Positions 44,292-54,275 are shown, counted from the first letter of the stretch. The stretch: DNA of 64,000 nt from a bacterium (GCA_016789445.1 JAEUQT010000003.1:82600-146599); one strand, 5' to 3'. The notes: generated by a model from the letters alone, not told the origin. Program-made: numbers and translations.

Positions 44292-47200
44292 TTAACGTCG
44301 AAGTATTGAACCTTCAGAAATGCCAATGAATCTCTCGAAGAAGCTCGTCAATTTATTCAAGACACTATCACGTTTCCGCGAGCGCTCTCCACTTGGGGAG
44401 AAGCGAGAAACTGGTGGCAGCACCTTTGTGAGTGCTGTCCCCGTTATGGCGACTGCGCCGTCGCGAAAGGCATTTTGAACGAAATTATAGGTGGCATCAG
44501 GATCCAGATTTTCATCCTTGATGATTTGGTCCAATTCTTCCACTTTCTTTTCCTCCACATACTTCTGCCAATCCTCGTCCACGACCGAATTCGCATCGAG
44601 CGATGAAATGAATTTGTTGATGAGGTCTTTCTTGTTGCGCAATTCAACGCTCGAATCGATTGCCTTGTTGATGTCAATCAAGAGCTCTTTGTTCTTAGTA
44701 TGGTCTTCGTGGTACTTCTTGATGAGGGCAAGGATGTAATCGATATTGATCTCGATCTGCTTAATGAGCTCCATCTCAAACACCAGATCGTCGTTGATGT
44801 TCTCTTTCTCCTTGTCGATGCTGGTACGGAACTCGTTGTACAGATCAATGTACATGCTGTGGTAGTCCTGCAGATCTCGCGCAGAAAGTATTTCGTTTCC
44901 CGTGAACTGGTCGAAGGTCACCAAGATATTGCGCAACCGCAATACAGCGCCGTACAGCTTTATGAAGTCCTTTTGGCTCTGTTCACCCATAATGCGCTCG
45001 CCCACAGGAAACTTTTCCAGAAGTTCGTCTACCAAGCTCTTGTAGCCCCGCACCTCCTTGTTACGTTCCGTGTAGCCGTTGTAGTAGTCCTCGTATGCTT
45101 TGAGAAGCACGATGCCGCTCGCTTCCTTGTCTCCGAAAAGAGCGATTGCTTCGTTGGTAGCTTTCTCTAAATTGCGGAAGCAGACGATATTGCCGAAGGT
45201 CTTCACGCTGTTAAGGATGCGATTCGTACGGGAATATGCCTGCAGTAGCCCGTGGAGTCGGAGATTCTTGTCCACCCACAGCGTGTTGAGTGTGGTGGCA
45301 TCAAAACCGGTCAGAAACATATTGACCACAATGAGAATATCAATCTCGCGACTCTTTACGCGCTCACTCACGTCTTTATAGTAGTTTTGGAACTTATCTG
45401 ACGAAGTATCGTACGATGTGCCGAACATCGCATTGTAGTCGGCGATAGCACTCTCTAAGAACTCACGCGAACTAGCATCAAGTCCGCTAGTGTCTTCCGA
45501 GTTTTCATCAACCATCCCGTCGGCATCCTCGTCGTTGACGCCAAAACTGAAGATTGTGGCGACCTTCAATTTTTTGTCACTGGGAACGTCCGCGAGCTGT
45601 TTTTTGAACTCGGCATAATACTTCTTTGCGACATCAATGGAAGACACCGCGAATATTGAATTGAAACCGGCAAGGCGTCTGTCTTTCAGCTTGTAAAAGC
45701 TATTGCGCTTTGTCTTTTGGTCGAAGTGTTCGCGTATATAACGCACGATATTCTCGAGTCGTTCAGGCGAAGCGAGAGCTGCCTCACGATCTATACCGCT
45801 CACTTGCTTGTCCTCGATGTCTTCCGCTTCGCGGATTGTGGAGACGTAATCAACCTTGAAGGGCAACACGTTCTTGTCCGCAATCGCGTCCACAATCGTA
45901 TACGTATGGAGCTTGGTGCCGAATGCCTGCTCGGTGGTCTTTAGGTCTGGACGACCACCAGACGAGGCGTTTGCGGCAAATATTGGCGTACCCGTGAAGC
46001 CAAATAGGTGGTAGTTATTAAATGCCTTGGTGATAGCGGCATGCATGTCGCCGAACTGCGAACGATGACACTCATCAAAAATAAGCGCTACATGCCCATC
46101 AAATATGGTGTGTCCGCTGTTGCGCGCTATGAAGCGGTCGAGCTTTTGGATGGTGGTAACGATGATGCGAGCCTTAGAGTCTTCAAGCTGCTTTTTCAAT
46201 ATTGATGTCGAGGTGTTGCTGTTCGCCGCTCCTTTCTCAAACTTGTCATACTCACGCATTGTCTGATAGTCGAGATCCTTGCGGTCTACGATGAAAAGGA
46301 CCTTGTCGATGTACGACAATTTGCTGGCAAGTTGTGCTGCCTTGAAGCTGGTGAGCGTTTTACCCGATCCAGTGGTATGCCAGATGTATCCACCTGCCTC
46401 TACCGTGCCTAGCTTTTTATAGTTGGTACTTACCTCGATGCGGTTCAAAATGCGCTCTGTAGCCACTATTTGATACGGGCGCATAACCAGCAGTTGGTGG
46501 TCGGTCGTGAACACGCAATAGCGTGTGAGGACATTGAGGAGCGTATGCTTGGCAAAAAACGTCTTAGCAAAGTCCATGAGGTCAGCAATCGGCTTGTTGG
46601 TCGCATCTGCCCACCAACTGGTAAACTCAAAGCTGCTGCTCGAACGCTTACCACGCTTTGCTGCGCCTTCGTTTGCTTCCTTGATATGCTGCCAGCGAGT
46701 CGTATTGCTGTAATACTTCGTATGCGTGCCATTCGAGATAACAAAAAGCTGGATGTATTCATAAAGCCCCGAAGCCGCCCAGAAGCTCTCGCGCTGATAG
46801 CGATTAATTTGGTTGAATGCTTCTTGAATAGCCACCCCACGACGTTTGAGTTCAATGTGGACTAACGGCAAGCCGTTCACGAGGATGGTCACGTCATAGC
46901 GATTCGCGCGCGCACCATCCTCGGTCGCGTACTGATTTATGACCTGTAACGTGTTGTCATGCACGTTGTCTTTACGGAGTAGGTAGATGTTCTTTGTGGA
47001 GCCATCATCCCGTGTGAGATTTTTTATGTAGTCCTCTTGAATGGTTGCTGTCTTTTCTTCAATGCTCTGGTTAGGGTTGGCTATTTCACCCTTAAAGAAC
47101 CGTTCCCACTCCTTGTCGGTAAAGATGTAATCGTTGAGCTTCTCAAGCTGGGTGCGGAGGTTTGCAATGAGGTCGTCTTCGCTTGTGATGGGGAGGCAAC

Positions 47201-47354
47201 CATAGGCCTGGGATTCGAGCTGCTCGATAAACGCACGTTCAAGCTCCGCTTCGCTCTGATAGTGTTCCGCGCGGTTCTTGTCCGGCGTGTATTCAGCTAC
47301 GACGGTGCTCTGCGCGTTCTCGGCAACTAAATTGTATTTGTTATTAACTGACAT
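44292..47354 (-). CDS. hsdR: type I restriction enzyme R subunit (HsdR)
   Basis: N-terminal nuclease region, SF2 helicase motifs (TGSGKT, DECH), C-terminal domain; 1020 aa. Confidence 0.95.
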   Translation of the reverse strand: MSVNNKYNLVAENAQSTVVAEYTPDKNRAEHYQSEAELERAFIEQLESQAYGCLPITSEDDLIANLRTQLEKLNDYIFTDKEWERFFKGEIANPNQSIEEKTATIQEDYIKNLTRDDGSTKNIYLLRKDNVHDNTLQVINQYATEDGARANRYDVTILVNGLPLVHIELKRRGVAIQEAFNQINRYQRESFWAASGLYEYIQLFVISNGTHTKYYSNTTRWQHIKEANEGAAKRGKRSSSSFEFTSWWADATNKPIADLMDFAKTFFAKHTLLNVLTRYCVFTTDHQLLVMRPYQIVATERILNRIEVSTNYKKLGTVEAGGYIWHTTGSGKTLTSFKAAQLASKLSYIDKVLFIVDRKDLDYQTMREYDKFEKGAANSNTSTSILKKQLEDSKARIIVTTIQKLDRFIARNSGHTIFDGHVALIFDECHRSQFGDMHAAITKAFNNYHLFGFTGTPIFAANASSGGRPDLKTTEQAFGTKLHTYTIVDAIADKNVLPFKVDYVSTIREAEDIEDKQVSGIDREAALASPERLENIVRYIREHFDQKTKRNSFYKLKDRRLAGFNSIFAVSSIDVAKKYYAEFKKQLADVPSDKKLKVATIFSFGVNDEDADGMVDENSEDTSGLDASSREFLESAIADYNAMFGTSYDTSSDKFQNYYKDVSERVKSREIDILIVVNMFLTGFDATTLNTLWVDKNLRLHGLLQAYSRTNRILNSVKTFGNIVCFRNLEKATNEAIALFGDKEASGIVLLKAYEDYYNGYTERNKEVRGYKSLVDELLEKFPVGERIMGEQSQKDFIKLYGAVLRLRNILVTFDQFTGNEILSARDLQDYHSMYIDLYNEFRTSIDKEKENINDDLVFEMELIKQIEINIDYILALIKKYHEDHTKNKELLIDINKAIDSSVELRNKKDLINKFISSLDANSVVDEDWQKYVEEKKVEELDQIIKDENLDPDATYNFVQNAFRDGAVAITGTALTKVLPPVSRFSPSGERSRKRDSVLNKLTSFFERFIGISEGSILRR

Positions 47355-48552
47355 ATTCGGGGAAGGTTAAGAGCTTGCCTCGATAGTATTCGTACTGTTT
47401 GCGCCGTGCCGAGATTTCCGCCGGGAGACCTTCGGATTTGTCATTCACAAGCGCATCAAACTTGTCCAGAATTGACACAATATGTTCTTGCTCTTCCTCT
47501 GACGGAACTGGTACGGGTATCTTGTTGAGGTTTGTTTTGTTGAGCTTTGGTTGTGCTCCTCCGCTGACATAAGATCGTAAATCGATAGAATTCAAATAGA
47601 TCTCAATCAGACGTCGCATTGCATAACTCTCAAACTTAAGAACATGAGCGTGGTTATTGACCCAGGTCTTTCCTGAAATCGAAAAAGCGATTGGCGTCGT
47701 TCTTGCAAGAAGATTGGCTCCATCTTCTGAAACAAGTAAGTAGTCACCCTCAAATATGTAGTCGCTAACATAGTCAACAATGCCGGACGCCCCATAGTAA
47801 GGAACGTTTCCAGCCGTCCGTGCTGATCGCGTGACTGGTTTACGCTTTGAGTCTAAGTTGATGGAAATTCTATCGAGCGTCGTCCATCTTACTCTCTCAC
47901 TCTCGTTAAACGTCAAGAGCTCAGAACGATAATGCTCGTATTGCTTCCCTCTCGCTTCTAACTCTGCTTCTAACTCTGCTTCTAACTCTGTAAAAGCATC
48001 GAGGATGCTTGCAATCTCCTGCTGGATTTCAAGTGGCGGAACGGGAATTTTGATTGATGCCAATGTTGCCATTCGTACTCCTTTAAGCGTACTGCCGACC
48101 GATTGACTTTGATACTGGTCCTTTGCGATGTCTGAACCAAGGATATACATCAAATACCTTGGCAATATTGTTTCTTGCTTGGGTTTTATGATGAAGACAC
48201 TTTCACTGCAATTCCAGTTGTTTGTCGGAATATCTGCCAATGCAACTTTTCCAATAGTTCCAATACCAGAAAACAGCACGTCGTTCAATTCCAAGTCAGA
48301 GCGGTTCTGAATTATTCTTACAGCTTCATCATTAATCTTATCTGTCTTGTCACTGAACTGAACCTTACCAGAAGTAATCTCCTTGACCGTTACATAAAAA
48401 TTGGTTGCGTCGGGCGTATTCAATCTGAAATTCTGGCGCGGATTCAATCCTGTCTTAATTGATTTTGTGATAACTCCCAACTCCCTAAACTCCACACCTT
48501 TCGAGCATTTTTCAGCAATCAACTTTTCAATTTGACTCTGGTGTTTGGTCAT
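47344..48552 (-). CDS. hsdS: type I restriction-modification specificity subunit (HsdS)
   Basis: Two target-recognition domains separated by a central conserved helical region; overlaps hsdR by 11 nt. Confidence 0.9.
   Translation of the reverse strand: MTKHQSQIEKLIAEKCSKGVEFRELGVITKSIKTGLNPRQNFRLNTPDATNFYVTVKEITSGKVQFSDKTDKINDEAVRIIQNRSDLELNDVLFSGIGTIGKVALADIPTNNWNCSESVFIIKPKQETILPRYLMYILGSDIAKDQYQSQSVGSTLKGVRMATLASIKIPVPPLEIQQEIASILDAFTELEAELEAELEARGKQYEHYRSELLTFNESERVRWTTLDRISINLDSKRKPVTRSARTAGNVPYYGASGIVDYVSDYIFEGDYLLVSEDGANLLARTTPIAFSISGKTWVNNHAHVLKFESYAMRRLIEIYLNSIDLRSYVSGGAQPKLNKTNLNKIPVPVPSEEEQEHIVSILDKFDALVNDKSEGLPAEISARRKQYEYYRGKLLTFPEYVS
47953..47988. repeat. 3 x 12-bp tandem repeat (tgcttctaactc) encoding ELEAELEAELEA in the HsdS central spacer
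   Basis: Copies 2 and 3 identical, copy 1 differs at its first base (3 x 12 nt); in frame. Confidence 0.7.
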
Positions 48553-48554
48553 GG

Positions 48555-50156
48555 TTATTTTTTACCTTCAATATCAGCAACGATAGCGTCGATAGCGTTA
48601 CGGAGTTCGTTTTGGCGAGCGACAATGTTCGCAATACTCTCGTTCAGCTCCTTGATATCAACTACCTCACGAGTGTCTTTTCCGTCCACATAGCTTGAGA
48701 CCGAGATATTGTAGTCGTTCTCCGCAATATCATTGTTGTTCACCAGCGCGGCAAAGTGCTCAACGTCTTCTCGGTCAATAAAGGCATCGAGGATCTTTTT
48801 GCGATTTGTTTCGCTGAGTTTGTTCTTATTGCCACTGCGAACGAACTCGGTCGATGCGTCAATGAAAAACGTCTTATTGTCTTTCTTACTCTTTTTCAGA
48901 ACAATTACGCAGGTCGCAATAGTTGTGCCGAAGAAGAGATCCGGCGGCAGCTGGATTACAGAGTCGATGTAGTTGTTGTCTATGAGATACTTGCGGATCT
49001 TCTGCTCTGCACCACCGCGATAGAGCACGCCAGGGAACTCGACGATGGCTGCCGTGCCGTTCGTCGCAAGCCACGAGAGCATGTGCATTGTGAATGCGAG
49101 ATCCGCTTTGCTCTTAGGCGCGAGTACACCTGCCGGAGAGAAACGGGGGTCGTTGATGAGAATGGGATTAGCGTCACCCTCCCATCGGATTGAGTAGGGA
49201 GGGTTCGATACGATGGCCTCAAATGGCTCATCGTCCCAGTGCTTAGGGTCTGTGAGAGTATCACCATGCGCGATATTGAACTTCTCGTAGTTGATATCGT
49301 GCAAGAACATGTTGATGCGGCATAGATTGAACGTGGTGAGATTGATTTCCTGTCCGAAAAACCCCTGACGTACTTTGTCTTTACTCAGTACCTTGGCGAA
49401 TTTGAGCAACAGCGAACCGGAGCCGCACGCAGGGTCATACACTTTATTGACTTCCTTTTTGCCTACCGTAGTTATCTCTGCCAGTAGCTCGCTTACTTCC
49501 TGTGGCGTAAAGAACTCGCCGCCGGACTTACCGGCGTTGGAGGCGTACATGGTCATGAGGAACTCGTATGCATCGCCGAAAGCATCTATTGAGTTGTCGG
49601 CATAGTCGCCAAAGCGCAAACCCCCTATTGCCTCAAGGAGCTTTGCGAGCTTCTGATTGCGTCTTTCTACGGTGTTGCCCAGCTTGCCGGAGTTAACGTC
49701 GAGGTCGTCGAAAAGTCCCTTGAGGTCATCCTCGCTATCTGCGCCCTTCGCGGAGCTCTCTATGTTGTTGAAGACGCGCTCAAGTGTTTCGTTGAGGTTC
49801 GCGTCATTCCGAGCGTTTTTTGTGACGTTTACGAACAGCTCGCTTGGCAGTATGTAAAAACCTTTCTCTTTTACCGTATCGGCGCGACCAAATTCAGCTT
49901 GTTTATCTGAAAGTGATGCGTAATCAAAATCCTTTTTTCCAGCACGCTGCTCCTCTTCATTGATGTAGCTCTCGAGGTTCTCGCTAATGAAGCGATAGAA
50001 GAGCATTCCAAGCACGTACTGCTTAAAATCCCACCCGTCCACACTGCCACGAAGATCGTTGGCAATCTGCCAAATGGCACGATGCAATTCTGACCGCTCT
50101 TGGTCTTTCGTGACTGCTGAACCTTGTTTGTTCACCATATAGTCGATCTTGATCAT
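48555..50156 (-). CDS. hsdM: type I restriction-modification methyltransferase subunit (HsdM)
   Basis: N-terminal HsdM helical domain (LHRAIWQIANDLRG), N6-adenine MTase motifs including NPPY (VSNPPYS). Start is probably MIKIDY (50156) or MVNKQ (50138); the track extension to 50255 is unlikely. Confidence 0.9.
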   Translation of the reverse strand: MIKIDYMVNKQGSAVTKDQERSELHRAIWQIANDLRGSVDGWDFKQYVLGMLFYRFISENLESYINEEEQRAGKKDFDYASLSDKQAEFGRADTVKEKGFYILPSELFVNVTKNARNDANLNETLERVFNNIESSAKGADSEDDLKGLFDDLDVNSGKLGNTVERRNQKLAKLLEAIGGLRFGDYADNSIDAFGDAYEFLMTMYASNAGKSGGEFFTPQEVSELLAEITTVGKKEVNKVYDPACGSGSLLLKFAKVLSKDKVRQGFFGQEINLTTFNLCRINMFLHDINYEKFNIAHGDTLTDPKHWDDEPFEAIVSNPPYSIRWEGDANPILINDPRFSPAGVLAPKSKADLAFTMHMLSWLATNGTAAIVEFPGVLYRGGAEQKIRKYLIDNNYIDSVIQLPPDLFFGTTIATCVIVLKKSKKDNKTFFIDASTEFVRSGNKNKLSETNRKKILDAFIDREDVEHFAALVNNNDIAENDYNISVSSYVDGKDTREVVDIKELNESIANIVARQNELRNAIDAIVADIEGKK

Positions 50157-50500
50157 TCTAACGCACAAGACTGATTCCCCACCCCAGAATGCTGAGAAAA
50201 AGAACCCAGCTGAGAAATTGCACAAAATGCCCATATGCCCCATGTACAACAGCACTCGCCAAGCGCCACAACGGATATAGCAAAAAGAAAGCTGCCCTCA
50301 GAACTGCATTGAGCAAATATTCCCACCATCGCTGTCTGTACATTGGGGAATCCTACGCCCAAAATGAAGAAACGCCACTGCTTGTGGGCTTGTGCACACC
50401 CCTTGAATTCACTTGATTTTAACGAGGCGCTCGGTTATAATACATGCAAGATCACCACGGAAAACGCCCTTCAAGGCTCGTCCTTGCGGGGTTTTTTCTT

Positions 50501-50986
50501 TCAGCCCCGCTTGGTATATTCGAGTTTCTTACGCAAATCTGACACAAAGGCCAGATAACCCGAATCGAACTTCTTAAGCAAAGCAGAATATTTTGCTTGG
50601 TTCGGGATAAGTAATTTCTCAAACTTCTGCTGCTTGACCAGGTAGTCGACAAGACAATAAAAATCCCCGTCGCCAGTGACGATGACCGCTTTAGAATACT
50701 CATCACGATCGATCATTGCCTGTAGCACAAGCTCTGCGTCACAATTACCCTTTGTAGTCCCGTCCTTATAACGTAATGTGGGTTTGAAAATGAGAATATA
50801 GCCCTTCTCTTGTAGCGATTTATACAAGTCGGCATGTTTCTCGACAAAACCGATGAAAAGATATGCCTTTTCGACCTTATATTTGTCCTTCAAATACCGT
50901 CGGAACCTCAACCAATCAATCTTCCACCCAAGACCCTGGACGGCAAGATTGAGGTTCTGACTGTCGATAAAGGCGTAATTCGCCAT
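50501..50986 (-). CDS. NYN-domain protein (LabA-like); start at MANYAFIDSQN
   Basis: Conserved acidic residues (FIDSQN, DAELV, VIVTGDGDF). Confidence 0.75.
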   Translation of the reverse strand: MANYAFIDSQNLNLAVQGLGWKIDWLRFRRYLKDKYKVEKAYLFIGFVEKHADLYKSLQEKGYILIFKPTLRYKDGTTKGNCDAELVLQAMIDRDEYSKAVIVTGDGDFYCLVDYLVKQQKFEKLLIPNQAKYSALLKKFDSGYLAFVSDLRKKLEYTKRG

Positions 50987-51052
50987 ACGAATTAATCCTA
51001 CGCTCAAAATGAAGAAAATCCACTGTTTTCAGGCTAAAGCCCGAGCCAAGAC

Positions 51053-51080
51053 TTGGCTAAAATGGCGCCATTTTAGCCAA
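51053..51080. promoter_or_regulatory. 28-bp perfect palindrome ttggctaaaatggc/gccattttagccaa between the NYN gene start and the stop of the 51088 gene
   Basis: Read from the sequence; operator or terminator-like. Confidence 0.4.
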
Positions 51081-51087
51081 GGGCGCC

Positions 51088-51666
51088 CTAAACTAGCTCG
51101 TAGACTGTCCCCGCACGGATTCCTGACCTTTTGAGCTTTCCTTCGCGCACGAGCTGGCTTAGGTAGTTAGTCGCAGTCGCATCGCTCACCCGGAGCAGCT
51201 TTTCGACGTCGTCGTTTTTGATGGAGCGCTTGGCTTTGGCGAGGACAATGATTTTCTCCAATTTGGCTCGCTTTCGGAACTGCACTTTCTCGAGGGCGGC
51301 GTAGAGGCGATCTTTGATGTTTACCCCGTAGGATGCCGCGGGAGCGGCTATCGTATCGGGGGTGATTGCTGTCGGATTGGTTGGCGGTGAGACAGGGTCG
51401 GGCCCCTGTCGCAAGGCCGGACCAGCTTGGCTGGGAGGCGGGGTCGCGGAAAATCGTTCCGACGATTTATCTGTGACCGGGTTAGACGGCGGCCGTGAGG
51501 GTTGCGGCACTTCTGGTGCGGGAGTTTCCACCGGTGGGATTTCGGGAGATGGCTGGACAGCTTCGGGAACGGGAGGCGGCGGCGAAGCCGCCGCCGGGCT
51601 CTCGACAACAGGCGCGGTCGAAGTCGGAGTCTCTACGCTTACGCCTGCATCCGCGACGTCGCTCAT
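51088..51666 (-). CDS. hypothetical protein with a Pro/Ala/Ser-rich N-terminal half and a C-terminal winged-helix-like domain
   Basis: Low-complexity PPPPVPEAVQPSPEIPPV...; C-terminal LLRVSDATATNYLSQLVREGKLKR resembles a wHTH. Confidence 0.5.
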   Translation of the reverse strand: MSDVADAGVSVETPTSTAPVVESPAAASPPPPVPEAVQPSPEIPPVETPAPEVPQPSRPPSNPVTDKSSERFSATPPPSQAGPALRQGPDPVSPPTNPTAITPDTIAAPAASYGVNIKDRLYAALEKVQFRKRAKLEKIIVLAKAKRSIKNDDVEKLLRVSDATATNYLSQLVREGKLKRSGIRAGTVYELV

Positions 51667-51730
51667 ATATGGATTATACGCCTCATATAAAAAACCGCCG
51701 CAGATATTCTCTGCGACGGGGAAAGAGCGG

Positions 51731-52003
51731 TTAGGCTAGTTTCGCGCGATGGATGGCTTCGGCGAGCTTCGGATCAGCCTCGTTGCAGATGCTGTCGAAG
51801 TAATTGTTCTGCACCATGTTCTGATGCTGGTGCAAAACGACCTGCTGTGCGAAATGGACGCTGTTTGCGTGTTCGCAGCTACGGCAAAGCCATGGCCCGA
51901 GCGCGACGCCGTTGCGAACGGACTTCGCGACCTGGCTTTCCTCGACCGGTTTACTACATTCGTCGCATCGAGGATCAGGAACGGGAACAAAGTAATCAGC
52001 CAT
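51731..52003 (-). CDS. hypothetical small zinc-ribbon protein (CxxC...CxxC)
   Basis: CDEC...CRSC pairs. Confidence 0.4.
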   Translation of the reverse strand: MADYFVPVPDPRCDECSKPVEESQVAKSVRNGVALGPWLCRSCEHANSVHFAQQVVLHQHQNMVQNNYFDSICNEADPKLAEAIHRAKLA

Positions 52004-52126
52004 AACAACCTCCTGTTTTCCTGGAGCATCCTATCTTCAAATAGAATAAAAGCCACCCCCGCATTGCTCCCGTGTGGTAGCTGTGGTTTAGTGCCCCCAG
52101 CCTGAACCTTAGGAAAGGATGAGGAC

Positions 52127-52654
52127 ATGGGCTGGTTTCCATTATTCCTACGTCGTAGCGCGCTCGGGAGCATCTGCGGACATCCGACGAAGCTCAAAGG
52201 AACGCTCTCGGCATTCGGCGAGACCATCAAGATGAAGATCAATCTGAGGGAGGACGGCTCGACGCCGTACTGCCTCGATTGCCTCGCGAAGATGTCCATC
52301 CGGTGCGGATGGTGCGGCAAGCCGATATTCATCGCCGACGTCGTCACGCTCTACTCGCCGACAACCACCGAGGAGTTCAATGCCCGATGGAAGGAGGATC
52401 TTCCCTTCACGCTCGTCGAGGATGCCGCGACCGGATTACGGCTGCCGGAGACGGCCGTCGTGTATCAACCGACACAGGGTCGCACGCGACCAACGATCGT
52501 CGGGTGCGGGCGCACCAGCTGTGCCGAGAGCGGCGCCGATTACGCCGGCACTTGGCTTCCGGGGAAATTCGGCAAGGGATACGCGCAACGTATCCGGACG
52601 CCGTATGAGCAATTGCTCAACGCCGAAGCCGGGACGATCACGAACGTACGATAA
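52127..52654 (+). CDS. hypothetical Cys-rich protein (175 aa)
   Basis: aaaggatgagg RBS; CLDC, CGWCG and GCGRTSC clusters; terminator follows. Confidence 0.45.
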   Translation: MGWFPLFLRRSALGSICGHPTKLKGTLSAFGETIKMKINLREDGSTPYCLDCLAKMSIRCGWCGKPIFIADVVTLYSPTTTEEFNARWKEDLPFTLVEDAATGLRLPETAVVYQPTQGRTRPTIVGCGRTSCAESGADYAGTWLPGKFGKGYAQRIRTPYEQLLNAEAGTITNVR

Positions 52655-52657
52655 GGC

Positions 52658-52692
52658 ATGCGGCCGCGCTCCAGCGCGGCCGCTTCTTTTTT
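52658..52692. terminator. bidirectional intrinsic terminator (gcggccgcgct ccag cgcggccgc ttctttttt)
   Basis: Hairpin plus T-tract. Confidence 0.6.
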
Positions 52693-53101
52693 ACAAACTT
52701 TCAGCGAGCGTCTTGAAGTTATTTAAAATCGCCTGCCAGCCACCGATCTGGAATTCGTGCGGATTCTCGCTCTCCGGATCAAAGGAAACGCGGACATGGG
52801 TGCTATTGCCGAGCTCTTCAAACACGACCAGCGCTTTGCGGCCGTCGCTCATGGTGTACGCGATGCGCTCCGGCGCAACAACTTCGTCATACACACCGGT
52901 GAAATCAAAGCCCTCGGAGCCATCCTTGGCTTCCATGCGGGTGAGGAACTTCCCTCCTTCTTTAAGATCATTCTCGGCGCGCGGCGCGTGCCAGGTATCG
53001 TCAGCATGCGCCCACTTCGTGATGAACTTCGGATTCGTGTAGGCCTCCCACACCTTCTCGCGCTCGTTATTCACGATCGCTTCTACCGTAAGCTGCGCCA
53101 T
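52691..53101 (-). CDS. SRPBCC-family protein (AHSA1-like), second paralog
   Basis: Same fold pattern as the 34960 gene. Confidence 0.75.
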   Translation of the reverse strand: MAQLTVEAIVNNEREKVWEAYTNPKFITKWAHADDTWHAPRAENDLKEGGKFLTRMEAKDGSEGFDFTGVYDEVVAPERIAYTMSDGRKALVVFEELGNSTHVRVSFDPESENPHEFQIGGWQAILNNFKTLAESL

Positions 53102-53110
53102 AGTGCGATC

Positions 53111-53785
53111 TTACTGCTTCACGAGCGACTGGCGGATCGAGTCGAATTCGCCGAGAAGCGCTGGCATATTGAACTCACGCACCGTGCCTTCTGGGTAATT
53201 GCCGATCGCCGTCGAATGGATGTGGTAGCGCACCGCGGTGCACGGCTTGCTGCCCGTGAGGGCGAAGACGTACTCGTCGTAGCGATTGCCTGCACCGGCA
53301 TCGCTCGAAGTCGCGACGGAGTACGAAACGGCACCATCAGTGACCGGTACCGCCTTCACGTTGGCCGCAAGGAAGATGTCTCCCGTGCATGCATTCGCGC
53401 GCGGAAGCTGTTCGACGGAAATAAAGCTATCGGCGGAGAGATTCGTACCCGTGGCAACCTGCGCCGGAATGGTGAACTTCACGCCGAGGATCGGCTTGGT
53501 CGGCGAGACCGAGGTGTTGGCGAATTTGTCATCGACGGTGTAGCCCTGCGGATACTTGATCGAGATACCCATGGTCGTAGAAGCGAATTCACCGCGCTCG
53601 TCGGTGACGACGGGAGCCTGTTCTACCGGCGCGGGAGCCGGTTCTTCCGCGGGAGCACTGTTGGAAATCGCCTTCCAGGCGAGGAAACCGCCCACTACTA
53701 ATACAAGAAGGATGGCACCGGCGGCGATCGGCGACATGTTGCGGCCGCGGCGCGGGTTGCGTTCCTGTCCGAATTCATCTGGCAT
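53111..53785 (-). CDS. hypothetical membrane-anchored extracytoplasmic protein (224 aa)
   Basis: N-terminal TM then Ala/Pro linker and a beta-rich domain. Confidence 0.5.
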   Translation of the reverse strand: MPDEFGQERNPRRGRNMSPIAAGAILLVLVVGGFLAWKAISNSAPAEEPAPAPVEQAPVVTDERGEFASTTMGISIKYPQGYTVDDKFANTSVSPTKPILGVKFTIPAQVATGTNLSADSFISVEQLPRANACTGDIFLAANVKAVPVTDGAVSYSVATSSDAGAGNRYDEYVFALTGSKPCTAVRYHIHSTAIGNYPEGTVREFNMPALLGEFDSIRQSLVKQ

Positions 53786-53880
53786 GGCTTCAGTATCTCA
53801 CTCCCACTCCGGGCCGCAACCCTTTTGAGTCTTGACGCTTCATCTCGGCGTTGTACGCTAGCCGGAGAAAGGAGACGAAC

Positions 53881-54237
53881 ATGAATCGTTCTGAGTGCCG
53901 TAAGGCGATTATCGCGCATCTGCCGGTAGGAAGCTGGATGCGCGCGACCGAACTGCGTGCGTATATCGCGCACGAACTCGATACCGACGACGTGCCGCTC
54001 TCGATCTTTTCCCTGATGAACGACCGTGCCCGGCTCGCCGCGCTCGATGTCCCGTCGATCTGGAAGATCTGGCGGGAATTGCGGCGGATGCAGAAGGAAG
54101 GGCTCGTAGTATCGCGCCGGACCACCCGTTACCGGCTGAATCTGCCGGTGGGATACGTGCGGGAATGGAAGCTCCAGCGCGTCTGCCAGAAGCGGATGGT
54201 GCTCGAGACGCCGCCGCGCTACTCGGTCGTCCAATGA
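53881..54237 (+). CDS. hypothetical winged-helix-like small protein; start at MNRSECRKAI
   Basis: aaaggag RBS; paralog of the next gene; own terminator. Confidence 0.45.
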   Translation: MNRSECRKAIIAHLPVGSWMRATELRAYIAHELDTDDVPLSIFSLMNDRARLAALDVPSIWKIWRELRRMQKEGLVVSRRTTRYRLNLPVGYVREWKLQRVCQKRMVLETPPRYSVVQ

Positions 54238-54241
54238 ATAC

Positions 54242-54275
54242 TGCCCGCCGTCGAAGACGGCGGGCATTTCTTTTT
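54242..54275 (+). terminator. intrinsic terminator gcccgccgtcgaagacggcgggc plus T-tract
   Basis: Hairpin plus T-tract. Confidence 0.6.
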
